Shown here piece by piece: positions 17,620 to 26,730 of a DNA stretch of 64,000 nt (its first letter is position 1; every line of letters begins with the position of its first letter). The notes beneath the pieces are model-generated. The model was not told the DNA's origin. It did no database searches and worked only from the letters and a program-made list of their open reading frames with translations. Source of the DNA: Pseudomonadota bacterium (lineage in GTDB: Bacteria > Bdellovibrionota_C > UBA2361 > OMII01); the NCBI GenBank assembly GCA_046300175.1, contig JBKCMS010000094.1:366-64365 (forward strand), written 5' to 3'. Made by a program: the position numbers and the translations under genes.

Positions 17620-17646
17620 AAGGGGCCCTTTAGGGGCCCTTTTTTG
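17620..17646 (+). terminator. Rho-independent terminator after acpP
   Basis: AAAGGGGCCC-TTTAG-GGGCCCTTTTTT: a GC-rich stem built on paired GGGCCC arms, followed by a T6 run, 47 nt after the acpP stop. Confidence 0.7.
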
Positions 17647-17712
17647 TCCCGTAGTTTTTGTCCTAAGTGATTAGGGCGAGTGAGTTTAATAAATTCTATT
17701 TTGGAGTCTACA

Positions 17713-18996
17713 ATGGCACTTCCCGATGATTCCTACGAGTCTCGCAAACGCAACCTGCAAGCGGTTGACCCGGATATCTATAACCTGATTCAGCGCGAAA
17801 CAGAGCGCCAAGAGTTTGGTCTCGAGATGATTCCCAGCGAGAACTTTGTTAGCGAGGCCGTACTGGAGGCGATGGGATCGGTGCTGACAAACAAGTACGC
17901 CGAGGGGCAACCAGGCAAGCGCTATTACGGAGGTTGTCATGTTGTTGACGAGGTTGAGAATATAGCGAGCGCACGGGCCTGTGAGCTCTTCGGAACCGAG
18001 TTCGCGAACGTTCAACCGCACTCCGGAGTCCAGGCTAACCAGGCTGTTTTTGAGGCTTTCCTGAAGCCTGGAGACACATTTATGGGGCTGAGGCTTGATC
18101 ATGGCGGCCATCTCTCTCACGGTAGCCCGGTAAATTTTTCAGGACGTCACTACAAGGTGGTTGGTTACGGAGTGAGACCTTCTGATTGCATGATTGACCC
18201 AGAGGAGGTTCGGTCTCTAGCAAAGCAGCATCGGCCGGCCTTGATTATTGCAGGCGCCACGGCTTATTCCCGTAAGATTGATTGGAAGCTATTCCGAGAG
18301 GTCGCGGATGAGGTGGGTGCAGTCTTGATGGCGGACATTGCACACTACTCAGGACTAGTGGCAGGTGGGGCCTATCCTTCTCCGGTGCCGTTCGCAGATG
18401 TCGTGACTACCACCACGCATAAGACCCTAAGAGGCCCCCGATCGGGTATGGTCATGGGTCGTGAGGTGCACAGAAAGGCGATTAATAAGGCTGTCTTCCC
18501 GGGACTTCAGGGGGGGCCGCATATGCACACGATAGCTGCTAAGGCGGTTATGTTGAGAGAGGCTCTCTCGCCTGACTTTAAGAGGTATGCTGGGCAGGTA
18601 GTTAAGAATGCTCAGGCCCTCTCTGCAGCATTGATCAAGCGGGGTCTACAGGTGGTGTCGGGAGGCACTGATAGTCACCTGCTAGTGGTTGATCTACGAC
18701 CTATGAATGTTACTGGCAAGGTAGCTGAGGAGACGTGTGACAAAGTTGGGATAACGGGCAATAAGAATACAGTGCCTTTTGACCCACAGCCGCCATCAGT
18801 ATGCAGCGGTATTCGGTTGGGAACGCCAGCTTTAACTACGCGTGGTCTGCGAGAGGCCGAGATGGAGCAGGTAGCTGCCTTCATCGTCGAGGCGCTGGCA
18901 CACTCCCAGGATGAGAATAAATTGGCATCGGTGCGAGAAGGTGTTGTTGAGCTAAGTCGAAAATTCCCTCTATATAAGCATCGCTTGGTAGCTTAG
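17713..18996 (+). CDS. glyA: Serine hydroxymethyltransferase
   Basis: ...[14 protein letters not shown]..., ...[14 protein letters not shown]... (PLP-lysine motif). Start chosen at the ATG at 17713. Confidence 0.93.
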   Translation: MALPDDSYESRKRNLQAVDPDIYNLIQRETERQEFGLEMIPSENFVSEAVLEAMGSVLTNKYAEGQPGKRYYGGCHVVDEVENIASARACELFGTEFANVQPHSGVQANQAVFEAFLKPGDTFMGLRLDHGGHLSHGSPVNFSGRHYKVVGYGVRPSDCMIDPEEVRSLAKQHRPALIIAGATAYSRKIDWKLFREVADEVGAVLMADIAHYSGLVAGGAYPSPVPFADVVTTTTHKTLRGPRSGMVMGREVHRKAINKAVFPGLQGGPHMHTIAAKAVMLREALSPDFKRYAGQVVKNAQALSAALIKRGLQVVSGGTDSHLLVVDLRPMNVTGKVAEETCDKVGITGNKNTVPFDPQPPSVCSGIRLGTPALTTRGLREAEMEQVAAFIVEALAHSQDENKLASVREGVVELSRKFPLYKHRLVA

Positions 18997-19019
18997 GAGT
19001 AAGGCTAGGTAGTTAGTGT

Positions 19020-19505
19020 ATGTACTGTCCCAAGTGCAATTCTGACAAAACCTCCGTCACTGATTCGCGAAGTGACAGCGGTGCTATTCGCCGAAGGCGT
19101 GAGTGCGGTGATTGCGGTTACCGCTTCACAACCTTTGAGCGAGTTGAGTTGGCTTTTCCTGTTGTAATTAAAAAAGATGGCAGCCGTGAAAACTACGATC
19201 GCGAGAAAATCCGGAGTGGTTTGCGCCGAGCCTGCGAGAAGCGGCCGGTAAGCATGGAAACTATAGACGAGGCTGTGGAAGCGATTGAAAAGAAGATACA
19301 AGAGCTTTGTCAAAAAGAGGTAGAGAGTCGTCTGCTGGGCGAGCTAGTTATGGATGAGCTTCGTAAGATAGACAAGATCGCCTACGTCCGGTTCGCCTCT
19401 GTGTATCGTGAGTTTTCTGACGTAAGTCAGTTTGTGGATACTCTGAAAAGTTTAGGCTCAAACTCTCAGAGTGGTAAGAGAGATCCGCAGTCTGGTGCTG
19501 TTTAG
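19020..19505 (+). CDS. nrdR: Transcriptional repressor NrdR
   Basis: MYCPKCNSDKTSVTDSR...RRRRECGDCGYRFTTFERVE zinc ribbon plus an ATP-cone (...KIAYVRFASVYREF...). Confidence 0.93.
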   Translation: MYCPKCNSDKTSVTDSRSDSGAIRRRRECGDCGYRFTTFERVELAFPVVIKKDGSRENYDREKIRSGLRRACEKRPVSMETIDEAVEAIEKKIQELCQKEVESRLLGELVMDELRKIDKIAYVRFASVYREFSDVSQFVDTLKSLGSNSQSGKRDPQSGAV

Positions 19506-19517
19506 GCAAAAAGTAGT

Positions 19518-20765
19518 ATGACTGCCAAGCATGCTAGCCCCTCACATGGTCCCGCAGAGCCGGTAGATACCGATCCATTTGTTGAAGTGTTAGCCCGATT
19601 TAAGAGCGGTGAACCGGTGTTGGTTCTCGATGACGTAGATCGTGAGAACGAAGGCGATGTCATCATTGCAGCGGAGGCTACAACCCCCGATGTAGTTGCG
19701 TTTCTTATGCGTGAGGCACGCGGGCTTATCTGTGTGAGCATATCTAAGCAGCTTGCAGAGTCATTAGAGCTGCCGTACCAAGTAGATACAAACAACTCCC
19801 AATTTCGCACTCCATTTGCCGTAAGTATAGACGCCAAACAGGTCGCTTCAACTGGGGTCACCGCATCATCCCGTGCCAAGACGATCGCAGCGCTAGTTAA
19901 CGCAACAGCCACACGTGACGACTTTGTAACACCCGGGCATGTGTTTCCATTGATAGCAAACGACGCCGGGGTTCTTGGCCGCGAAGGGCACACTGAGGGA
20001 GCTTTTGACTTGGCGCGATTAGCAGGGATGTTTCCTGCTGGAGTATTGTGCGAGGTGCTTAATCCCGATGGTTCAATGGCGCGCGGTGAGCAGCTACTGC
20101 GATTTGCAGATAAGCACAAAATGGCAGTAACAACTATCGCTGCTATTCGTAAGTATCGACTAGAGAATGAAATTGCGGTTAGGCGTCTGTCTATAGGGTC
20201 CATATCCAGTGACCTGGGCGATTTTGCGGTTCACTTGTTTGCAGATGATGCTGGTCACAAAGAGCATCTGGCGATAGTGAGAGGTGATCCGTCACAGGTG
20301 CCAGCATCTTACGCTCCCATCGTGCGGATACACTCAGAGTGCCTGACGGGTGATGTGTTCGGCAGCCGCAGATGTGATTGCGGTAATCAGCTTCAGGGCT
20401 CATTAAACGCGATTGCTCAGGAGGGGATGGGGGTTCTTTTGTACCTCAGGCAGGAGGGTCGAGGAATCGGTTTGGAAAATAAGCTGCGAGCCTATGCTTT
20501 GCAGGACCAGGGTCGTGACACCGTTGAAGCTAATCTTGAACTAGGCTTTCAGGCAGATGAACGTGATTTTGCTGTAGGGGCCCATATTCTGCGTGCTATG
20601 GGCCTGCGCAGAATTAGGCTGGTTACAAATAATCCCCGTAAGGTGGCTGCCATGCAGCAGGGCGGTATCGAGGTTGTTGAGCGAATACCTAGCCTATCTG
20701 AGCCAGATCCATGTAGTACGGGCTACCTGCTGACCAAACGAGACAAGCTGGGCCACGATCTTTAG
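19518..20765 (+). CDS. ribBA: Bifunctional 3,4-dihydroxy-2-butanone-4-phosphate synthase / GTP cyclohydrolase II
   Basis: DHBP synthase part (...DDVDRENEGDVIIAAE..., ...GHVFPL...) followed by the GCH-II part (...RIHSECLTGDVFGSRRCDCG..., ...LYLRQEGRGIGL...). Confidence 0.92.
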   Translation: MTAKHASPSHGPAEPVDTDPFVEVLARFKSGEPVLVLDDVDRENEGDVIIAAEATTPDVVAFLMREARGLICVSISKQLAESLELPYQVDTNNSQFRTPFAVSIDAKQVASTGVTASSRAKTIAALVNATATRDDFVTPGHVFPLIANDAGVLGREGHTEGAFDLARLAGMFPAGVLCEVLNPDGSMARGEQLLRFADKHKMAVTTIAAIRKYRLENEIAVRRLSIGSISSDLGDFAVHLFADDAGHKEHLAIVRGDPSQVPASYAPIVRIHSECLTGDVFGSRRCDCGNQLQGSLNAIAQEGMGVLLYLRQEGRGIGLENKLRAYALQDQGRDTVEANLELGFQADERDFAVGAHILRAMGLRRIRLVTNNPRKVAAMQQGGIEVVERIPSLSEPDPCSTGYLLTKRDKLGHDL

Positions 20766-20819
20766 TCGAGATCGATAGCTGACTTTGACTGCTTACTAAG
20801 GATGCCGAGAAACCAAACC

Positions 20820-21830
20820 CTACGGCGTCACTATCTCAACGCCTCTAAAGGTGAACACCTCGAAATTAAAGTCTAGGTGCCGGTCGCCATTTTCGTTTAC
20901 TTCGCGAAGCCCATTGATGGCGAAAGGTTTGTCTACTCTACCTGTCAGCAACAGGGCTGCATCGTGAAAGGTTGCCGCTGAAACGACGTGATCGGTGACG
21001 CCAGTTCGTTGTTTATACCTACTCACAAATTCAGGCGAAATTTTCGGGGCTGTAAACCACACTTTGTCAAGTGCGTCTCCGGCAGCGCGTATTTCTGCAG
21101 TTCCCTCAAGGAAATTACAGCCAAATATAGGTAGCCCGATCCCAAGCTCCCGTGATTGGCGAGCTAGCCGGCCATTCATCCCGGCTCCGAGACAGATCCC
21201 TATAGCGTCAAACCCAGAGCTCTTGGCTTTTATTAGTTGCGTAGCAAAACTATCTGGGGCCGCAGGGAACTCATGCACACGACTACCCGGGAAACGTAAC
21301 GCAAGCTCCTCCGCCCACTGGGTCGAGTAGGTATGGGTTGTGATGAAGAGCGCTAGCTTTTTATATCCCCGACGACTTACCTCGTCAGCAGCAAAACCGA
21401 GATCCTTAGTACTTGAACTCCACAGTCTAAGAGCGTAGGGATTTTGCGCGAATATTCCATCGCTTGATGCCCAGACAAAGAGCGGCAACTTAAGTTTTTG
21501 TGCAATAGGTGACACCGCCTGCGCGGTAACAGTATCGCCAACTATGGCTGCTGTGATTTTATCGTGCTGTACCAGCTTACGGAACGCTGCAACGCTTTTA
21601 GCTGGGAGAAACCCGTCTTCTTCATAGATAAAAGTTGTGCTCTTACCCACATCTGCCAGCTCGATACCGATTTGATAGGCCTGCCCGTAAGCACCCCACT
21701 CACCGGTATAACTCGCTAGAACACCAACTTTGTTCTCTGCCTTTGCGACCCCTAAAGAGGTAGCCATAAAAGCGAGAGCGATTGCTGAACCTGCTGCCTG
21801 CTGACGTGTAATTTTCAAGAAATTCAGCAT
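20820..21830 (-). CDS. Periplasmic substrate-binding protein, type-1 PBP (Leu/Ile/Val-binding-like family)
   Basis: Signal peptide, then ...ENKVGVLASYTGEWGAYGQAYQIG..., typical of LivJ-like binding proteins. No permease or ATPase genes are adjacent. Confidence 0.65.
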   Translation of the reverse strand: MLNFLKITRQQAAGSAIALAFMATSLGVAKAENKVGVLASYTGEWGAYGQAYQIGIELADVGKSTTFIYEEDGFLPAKSVAAFRKLVQHDKITAAIVGDTVTAQAVSPIAQKLKLPLFVWASSDGIFAQNPYALRLWSSSTKDLGFAADEVSRRGYKKLALFITTHTYSTQWAEELALRFPGSRVHEFPAAPDSFATQLIKAKSSGFDAIGICLGAGMNGRLARQSRELGIGLPIFGCNFLEGTAEIRAAGDALDKVWFTAPKISPEFVSRYKQRTGVTDHVVSAATFHDAALLLTGRVDKPFAINGLREVNENGDRHLDFNFEVFTFRGVEIVTP

Positions 21831-21927
21831 TCGACCCTCCTATTCACATGTATTCATTAGTAGCTGCGCAGAGAGTGCTTATTTACAACCACTTTTAGGC
21901 TATCAGCCATCGTCTGAGCGCACCAGA

Positions 21928-22509
21928 TTATTCGTCTATTCCGAGTAATTCATCCGTAAACGTCTCATTTACTGAATAGTCGGACAGCCAGATGCCAAAA
22001 TAAGCGCGAGTAAATGCTGAGTCGGTAATCGTTCCGAGTAGTCGTTGATTGAAGAAGAGTCGTAGCGTCCGCTGCGACGGATCGTAAGTTACGGCATATG
22101 AGTCACCTTTCTGTACTGGTACATACATGGATTTGATCCGTGATAGAAACGGTCGTAACCGGTCTAGCGAGAGCTGCGGATTTGTTCTCAGGGTCTCTTC
22201 AGATTTATCGATAAACTGATCGACTGATACGCTGCGATGGTATCGGAGTACAAGTTTTTTAGGTATCTCTCCTAAAACATTATATGGTGACGTTTCGGAC
22301 ACCGGCATATACAGGGCTCCAGTGTACACCCGCAACCCCCAATATCGAAAAGTACTCACGCCACGAAGGGTAAGTGATACGCCATCGACCGTCTCTTTCG
22401 TTGAAAAACAGAAGTCGTCACGGCACACTGACGACGAGGCATCTGCGCTACCGTTTGTTGCTGGCCCCAGCACCAGATACATCAGGAAAAATATCCACCA
22501 CCGCTTCAT
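21928..22509 (-). CDS. Chalcone-isomerase-fold (CHI-like) secreted protein
   Basis: Signal peptide. ...VSLTLRGVSTFRYWGLRVYTGALYMP... matches the characteristic CHI-like family N-terminal strand pattern. Confidence 0.55.
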   Translation of the reverse strand: MKRWWIFFLMYLVLGPATNGSADASSSVCRDDFCFSTKETVDGVSLTLRGVSTFRYWGLRVYTGALYMPVSETSPYNVLGEIPKKLVLRYHRSVSVDQFIDKSEETLRTNPQLSLDRLRPFLSRIKSMYVPVQKGDSYAVTYDPSQRTLRLFFNQRLLGTITDSAFTRAYFGIWLSDYSVNETFTDELLGIDE

Positions 22510-22559
22510 TTCAGCTCCTCTGTGCAGATCTCATCAAACATGCTCGCTCAATCCTAACG

Positions 22560-24290
22560 CTAAAGAACTCTGATCCTTGAAATCGACCAGTCAAACTGGG
22601 CGTGTCCGGTTTGGTAGATAAACAGACACGAAACGGTAGCTGGGTCTTTAAAAATAACTCGCACATCATTACGCGGGGAGTAATAGGGGATACCTCTTGA
22701 TAGAACCCTTAAAGCACCTTGCCAGGTTGGGTGCTCGGCTAGAATGACAGCGGCGGTCTGATCGCAAGATCCTCCGGCAATCCGAAGTCCGCGCGGATAA
22801 TCAGTGAAATATCGGCCCGGATCAAGGTCAACCCCGCGAATCTCTACCGGGGAACTAAAGCGGACTATAAGCAGTTCATCTCCGCGTTGTGAGCCGGTGC
22901 GAGTCGACCAGCGCCACGCATCATCCGCTGGACCTCCTTGGCTCACTTGTGATTGAGATGATATAGGATGCATTTCGACGACAGCATTTAGGCTTCTAAC
23001 ATCTCTGGACGGTAGGCGCGAGCTATCGCGAATGGTCTCTAGTTGCTTAGTGATGTCACCTTCCGATGCTGCGAGAGAGCGAAAAATAGCGGCCGAGGGC
23101 GACAAAATAAATGGTCGCAGTGTCTCGTTTTCGACGATGCCAACCCTTCTGAGCATGGGGCTATAGATATTCGGTGAGCCTACTACTGACAGGAGTGCTA
23201 CGGAACAGGCAAGTGGTACTAAGCTTATAGTTCTGAGATTAAGGACCAGGCTCGTGACTGTCATCCAAGCGCTAAGACCGAGTGCCACAGAGGTAATTGA
23301 GTAGCACGTTCCCCACGGTATCATACGTGACAGGCTCGGAAGGGGTGAAATCGCCGACAACGACTCAGTAAAGCAAGTGTTTAAGGACGCCAAGAGAGCG
23401 AGTACCATACCAACTTTGCCGGTGTATCTGGCCACTGCAGTGTTGTGCCTCCGGCGGAACCACCAGGCGATGATGGCCAGCACCAGCAAGGTAAAAGCCC
23501 GGTCACTATACTCAGCCCGCACAGCTGCTCGGTCGAGGGTATCAAATGGATAAGTAGGGCCCAGCAAGGGCCGCAGCGTGCCAAAGTTGCCCTCGAAGGG
23601 CAAAACATGCACTGACTTGGGATAGTGGGGCAACTCAGGCATCGGAGCGGTAACGGTTGCCAGTAAAGCTGGAGCAAGGGCTAACGACCAAGTTATTGCT
23701 CGCCGCTGACAGCTACCAGGAAGCGAAAGTGATAAAAGGTATGCCAGCCAGACCGCTGTTGCTACACTGGGCAGAGAGGCCAAATTAGCGCTGAAAGCAG
23801 CTTCGATGCTCACGATAAATAAGCCAATAAGGGGCAGATGGCCGTGCGTGCTGATCATCGCGATGTGCGCAGCGATAGCAACAAATGGAACCCAAGCCAC
23901 TGAACCGACCACTACTGGGTCAAGTCCGGTGACAAACACGATGAATGAAACAGCCAGTGCGGCGCCAGCCCAGAGCACTATTATGCTGGTAGGTCGTTGC
24001 ACTGAGCACCTGCGCAGAAATATATATGTGCCTATCAGCAAGAGGATCATTCCAGGAACGGGACGCTCGGCGAAATTGAAATTGGGACTGAGTAGTGAGG
24101 CAAGGCGCGTTAGATGATCTAGTCGCCACGAGTGATACCCGTTATTATTGAGGTTCACCAATGCAAACCAAGTTTTCTGCCGAAAATCTCCGGCAAGCGA
24201 AGATGATTGGAAGTAGGTCAGGAGCGCCAAGAGAGCGCCAGTAGCGAGTAAAAACCCGAGCATCGATACGGCGACGGCGCGTCTAATCAT
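22560..24290 (-). CDS. Polytopic membrane protein with a C-terminal discoidin (F5/8 type C)-like domain
   Basis: About 10 predicted transmembrane segments, then ...WRWSTRTGSQRGDELLIVRFSSPVEIRGVDLDPGRYFTDYPRGLRI..., which resembles galactose-binding/discoidin domains. I chose the ATG at 24290 (MIRRAVAV...), which forms an ATGA overlap with the upstream stop. The track start at 24359 lies inside the upstream gene. Confidence 0.6.
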   Translation of the reverse strand: MIRRAVAVSMLGFLLATGALLALLTYFQSSSLAGDFRQKTWFALVNLNNNGYHSWRLDHLTRLASLLSPNFNFAERPVPGMILLLIGTYIFLRRCSVQRPTSIIVLWAGAALAVSFIVFVTGLDPVVVGSVAWVPFVAIAAHIAMISTHGHLPLIGLFIVSIEAAFSANLASLPSVATAVWLAYLLSLSLPGSCQRRAITWSLALAPALLATVTAPMPELPHYPKSVHVLPFEGNFGTLRPLLGPTYPFDTLDRAAVRAEYSDRAFTLLVLAIIAWWFRRRHNTAVARYTGKVGMVLALLASLNTCFTESLSAISPLPSLSRMIPWGTCYSITSVALGLSAWMTVTSLVLNLRTISLVPLACSVALLSVVGSPNIYSPMLRRVGIVENETLRPFILSPSAAIFRSLAASEGDITKQLETIRDSSRLPSRDVRSLNAVVEMHPISSQSQVSQGGPADDAWRWSTRTGSQRGDELLIVRFSSPVEIRGVDLDPGRYFTDYPRGLRIAGGSCDQTAAVILAEHPTWQGALRVLSRGIPYYSPRNDVRVIFKDPATVSCLFIYQTGHAQFDWSISRIRVL

Positions 24291-26491
24291 GAGCTTCCTC
24301 CAATTAGCCGTTGCCACGGGGAGACGCTCTTTATGGTCACAGGAGTGCCAGGCGAGCATCCGGTTAGGGTTATCAGATTAAATCCTGCATCGCTGGCGCT
24401 TGCTCCGATTGAGCACGAGGTCGAGGAGATAAATGGAAAATGTCGAAACTTGAGAGTGAGGGATTCTGAGGTTGGGATAAAAGACACCGAGTTGGAGGTG
24501 TAGGTCAGGTCAGCTAGGCTGCCATTCATCGTATACGATGGCGAGTAGTTTAAACGCCTGAATACGAAAAATATCTCGCCACGCCACACCTGCTCGTATT
24601 CGTTCGGACGTTTCTTGAAGTAGTCTATCCACGTTGGCTCATGGGCCGTTACCACTGTGGCGTTCATCAGGTCTAGAAATTCTTTAATACCTTGATCTCC
24701 GCGGGAGATAAACGACTCCGGGATAGGTTGTTCGTATCTCCAGATGTTGTGTGCATAGCTCGATGCCACCATCGGAGTCTTTGCCCACAGCGGCAGTGGT
24801 GCGAGGTGCCCTCCACTGAACTGGTGCAATACACATCCGCTAAAAAGCACGCGCCCACCCGCGGCATGTTTAGATACGGCGCGAATAAAAGATGGAAGCT
24901 CTTTGTCTGCAAAGCTGTAGGTGTCATCTGCTCGATTAAGAACTACAGAGGTGGCCGTGAACGGACTTACTAAGACAAACGCTCCAGAGCAGATTGCCGC
25001 TAAGGTGAAAGTGATCCCACGTCCAGCTGAGGTAAAAAGTTGATACAGGAATTGACCTATGGGGATGGTGACTAAAATCGACGCGATGATAATCATTCGG
25101 TCAAGCTCTAGCTGCGGCTTGAGCGATACCCCAGCAGTGCCGAGTAGCAGCAGCCAGGAGCAGAGTGCAATCAGGTACCAGCGCGCAATACCAGAAAATG
25201 CTATCAGTGCCGGTATGGCGAAAACCACTAAGATTGGGTTGAGTGCGGTCGCGTTGCTTTGCCAATTAGCGAGGGCATTTTTTAGACTAAAAGTGCCGCT
25301 TTTGTGGCGATAGATCGTTGCACTAGCAGGGGAGTTGGGGGGAGCTAGAGAATTCGATGACTCACTTGAGGCTACTGGCGTTGGCGGGACAACAGCAGTG
25401 TGCGAATCGAGAAAGCGCCCCACATTGGAGACCTTCCACATCATACACATCCATGGCAGGTTTAAAGCTAACATTATGCACGCAGCGGCGAGATGTCGCT
25501 TTGAGAGAATTAGCTTAGGAATTCGTGGCAGCGCAACAAGTAGAATCGGTAGTGCTGCTATACCTGAGGGAGACCACAGTAGCATCAGAGTCGTCGTAAT
25601 GCATACGAGAACCATAGCGGCGCGAGATGGACGCTCAGCATGGATGAAGCGGATTGCTAATGCCGCAACCAAAGGAAATAGCGCAGTGCTGGTGATAAAA
25701 CCAACCGTGCCGTACTTTAGCGCCCAGCGAAACCAGAAGAGACCTGAACACAACGAGAGAGTGGTAGCAATAGAAGCAGCAACCACCGGAAGACCGAGCA
25801 TTCGTGCAGCTGCAAAGAGGCATGCAGGCGCAATAACCCAGAGCAGCCCGCCTATTAATATCGGATAAATAGCTTCCACGGGGAAAAGGTGAACGAGTGG
25901 GGCGCTTAGCAGGTATGCGTTTAGGGCTCCGGTGGCAAAAAAATCTCGCGCATCAAAGCCCGCGTTCCATAATGGAGACCAGAAAGGAATAGAAGGGAAA
26001 TTTTCGCGCAGGAGTTTTAACCTGAATAGAAACATCGGATGGTCATCTGAGAAGATCATCATCCCGTTAGCCGCGACTGAGAATGACCAGATGAGAAGTC
26101 CAATGACGACCATCGGCCAGCTAGCAAAGAAGCGTGACCAGAGTCGATAATGAAATAGAATGAAACAGATTATTGCGCCGACAAATAGCTCACCTCGGAT
26201 AGTTGGCCCCTTAAAGAGCCCCCAGGGTCTGTTCATCCAATCGGATATAAAGATGGCGAGTAAACCGAGCGTCCAGATACGCCTTTCTGTAAATGACTCC
26301 TTCTTGAGCCACCCTTGGCCGATTAAGTACGACACGCATGCTGCAGAAGCTGATAGCAAAAAGCCCGCGAGGACGAGATAGCGGCCAGCGGGGATCAGCG
26401 CTTCGTTTGAGCGTTCCCAGAGATACCAAGCACCTCCTGAAAGGCCCAGCACTATGAGCAGAAGTCCTGACGAGGCGAGGAGATGAATCAC
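24287..26491 (-). CDS. Large polytopic membrane protein, possibly a GT-C-fold glycosyltransferase/polymerase-like enzyme
   Basis: 734 aa with at least 12 hydrophobic segments. An acidic loop motif early in the protein (...IFSDDHPMF...) recalls GT-C enzymes. The C-terminal roughly 200 aa look soluble. No diagnostic motif recognised. Confidence 0.5.
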   Translation of the reverse strand: MIHLLASSGLLLIVLGLSGGAWYLWERSNEALIPAGRYLVLAGFLLSASAACVSYLIGQGWLKKESFTERRIWTLGLLAIFISDWMNRPWGLFKGPTIRGELFVGAIICFILFHYRLWSRFFASWPMVVIGLLIWSFSVAANGMMIFSDDHPMFLFRLKLLRENFPSIPFWSPLWNAGFDARDFFATGALNAYLLSAPLVHLFPVEAIYPILIGGLLWVIAPACLFAAARMLGLPVVAASIATTLSLCSGLFWFRWALKYGTVGFITSTALFPLVAALAIRFIHAERPSRAAMVLVCITTTLMLLWSPSGIAALPILLVALPRIPKLILSKRHLAAACIMLALNLPWMCMMWKVSNVGRFLDSHTAVVPPTPVASSESSNSLAPPNSPASATIYRHKSGTFSLKNALANWQSNATALNPILVVFAIPALIAFSGIARWYLIALCSWLLLLGTAGVSLKPQLELDRMIIIASILVTIPIGQFLYQLFTSAGRGITFTLAAICSGAFVLVSPFTATSVVLNRADDTYSFADKELPSFIRAVSKHAAGGRVLFSGCVLHQFSGGHLAPLPLWAKTPMVASSYAHNIWRYEQPIPESFISRGDQGIKEFLDLMNATVVTAHEPTWIDYFKKRPNEYEQVWRGEIFFVFRRLNYSPSYTMNGSLADLTYTSNSVSFIPTSESLTLKFRHFPFISSTSCSIGASASDAGFNLITLTGCSPGTPVTIKSVSPWQRLIGGSS

Positions 26492-26730
26492 TGATCGACA
26501 ACAAAAAATACTGTATCGTTTTGAAACGCAGATAAGGCCGCGTGCGCCGCTGGCGGCACGCGCCTGTCGGGCGCCGTAAGAAGCCCGCCGCGATTCAACC
26601 CGGTAGTCTATATTGCTATCGACCAGTCGTCAAAAGTTCTGTTGTATCAGGTAGTTGTCGGGCCATTATAGCGCTCCTCAAGGTAGCCTTTAAGGAACCA
26701 GGGGGGCAATGTGGCAAAAAACCACTAGTT

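Noticed and set aside
19502-20203. Long antisense shadow ORFs: 19502-20203 (233 aa, opposite ribBA), 30656-31357 (233 aa, opposite the fusion gene), 25335-25868, 8449-8913, 56110-56577, 39134-39607 and 35303-35755.
   Set aside because: Each lies wholly inside a well-supported gene on the other strand. Their translations are Ser/Arg/Pro/Ala-biased and motif-free, as expected for antisense frames.
26540-26570. A GC-rich imperfect palindrome, GCGTGCGCCGC-TG-GCGGCACGC, downstream of the 380-aa gene on the minus strand. It could be a terminator.
   Set aside because: The stem has a bulge and a loop that is too small, and no U tract follows on the minus strand. It may still be structural, but the evidence is insufficient to annotate it.
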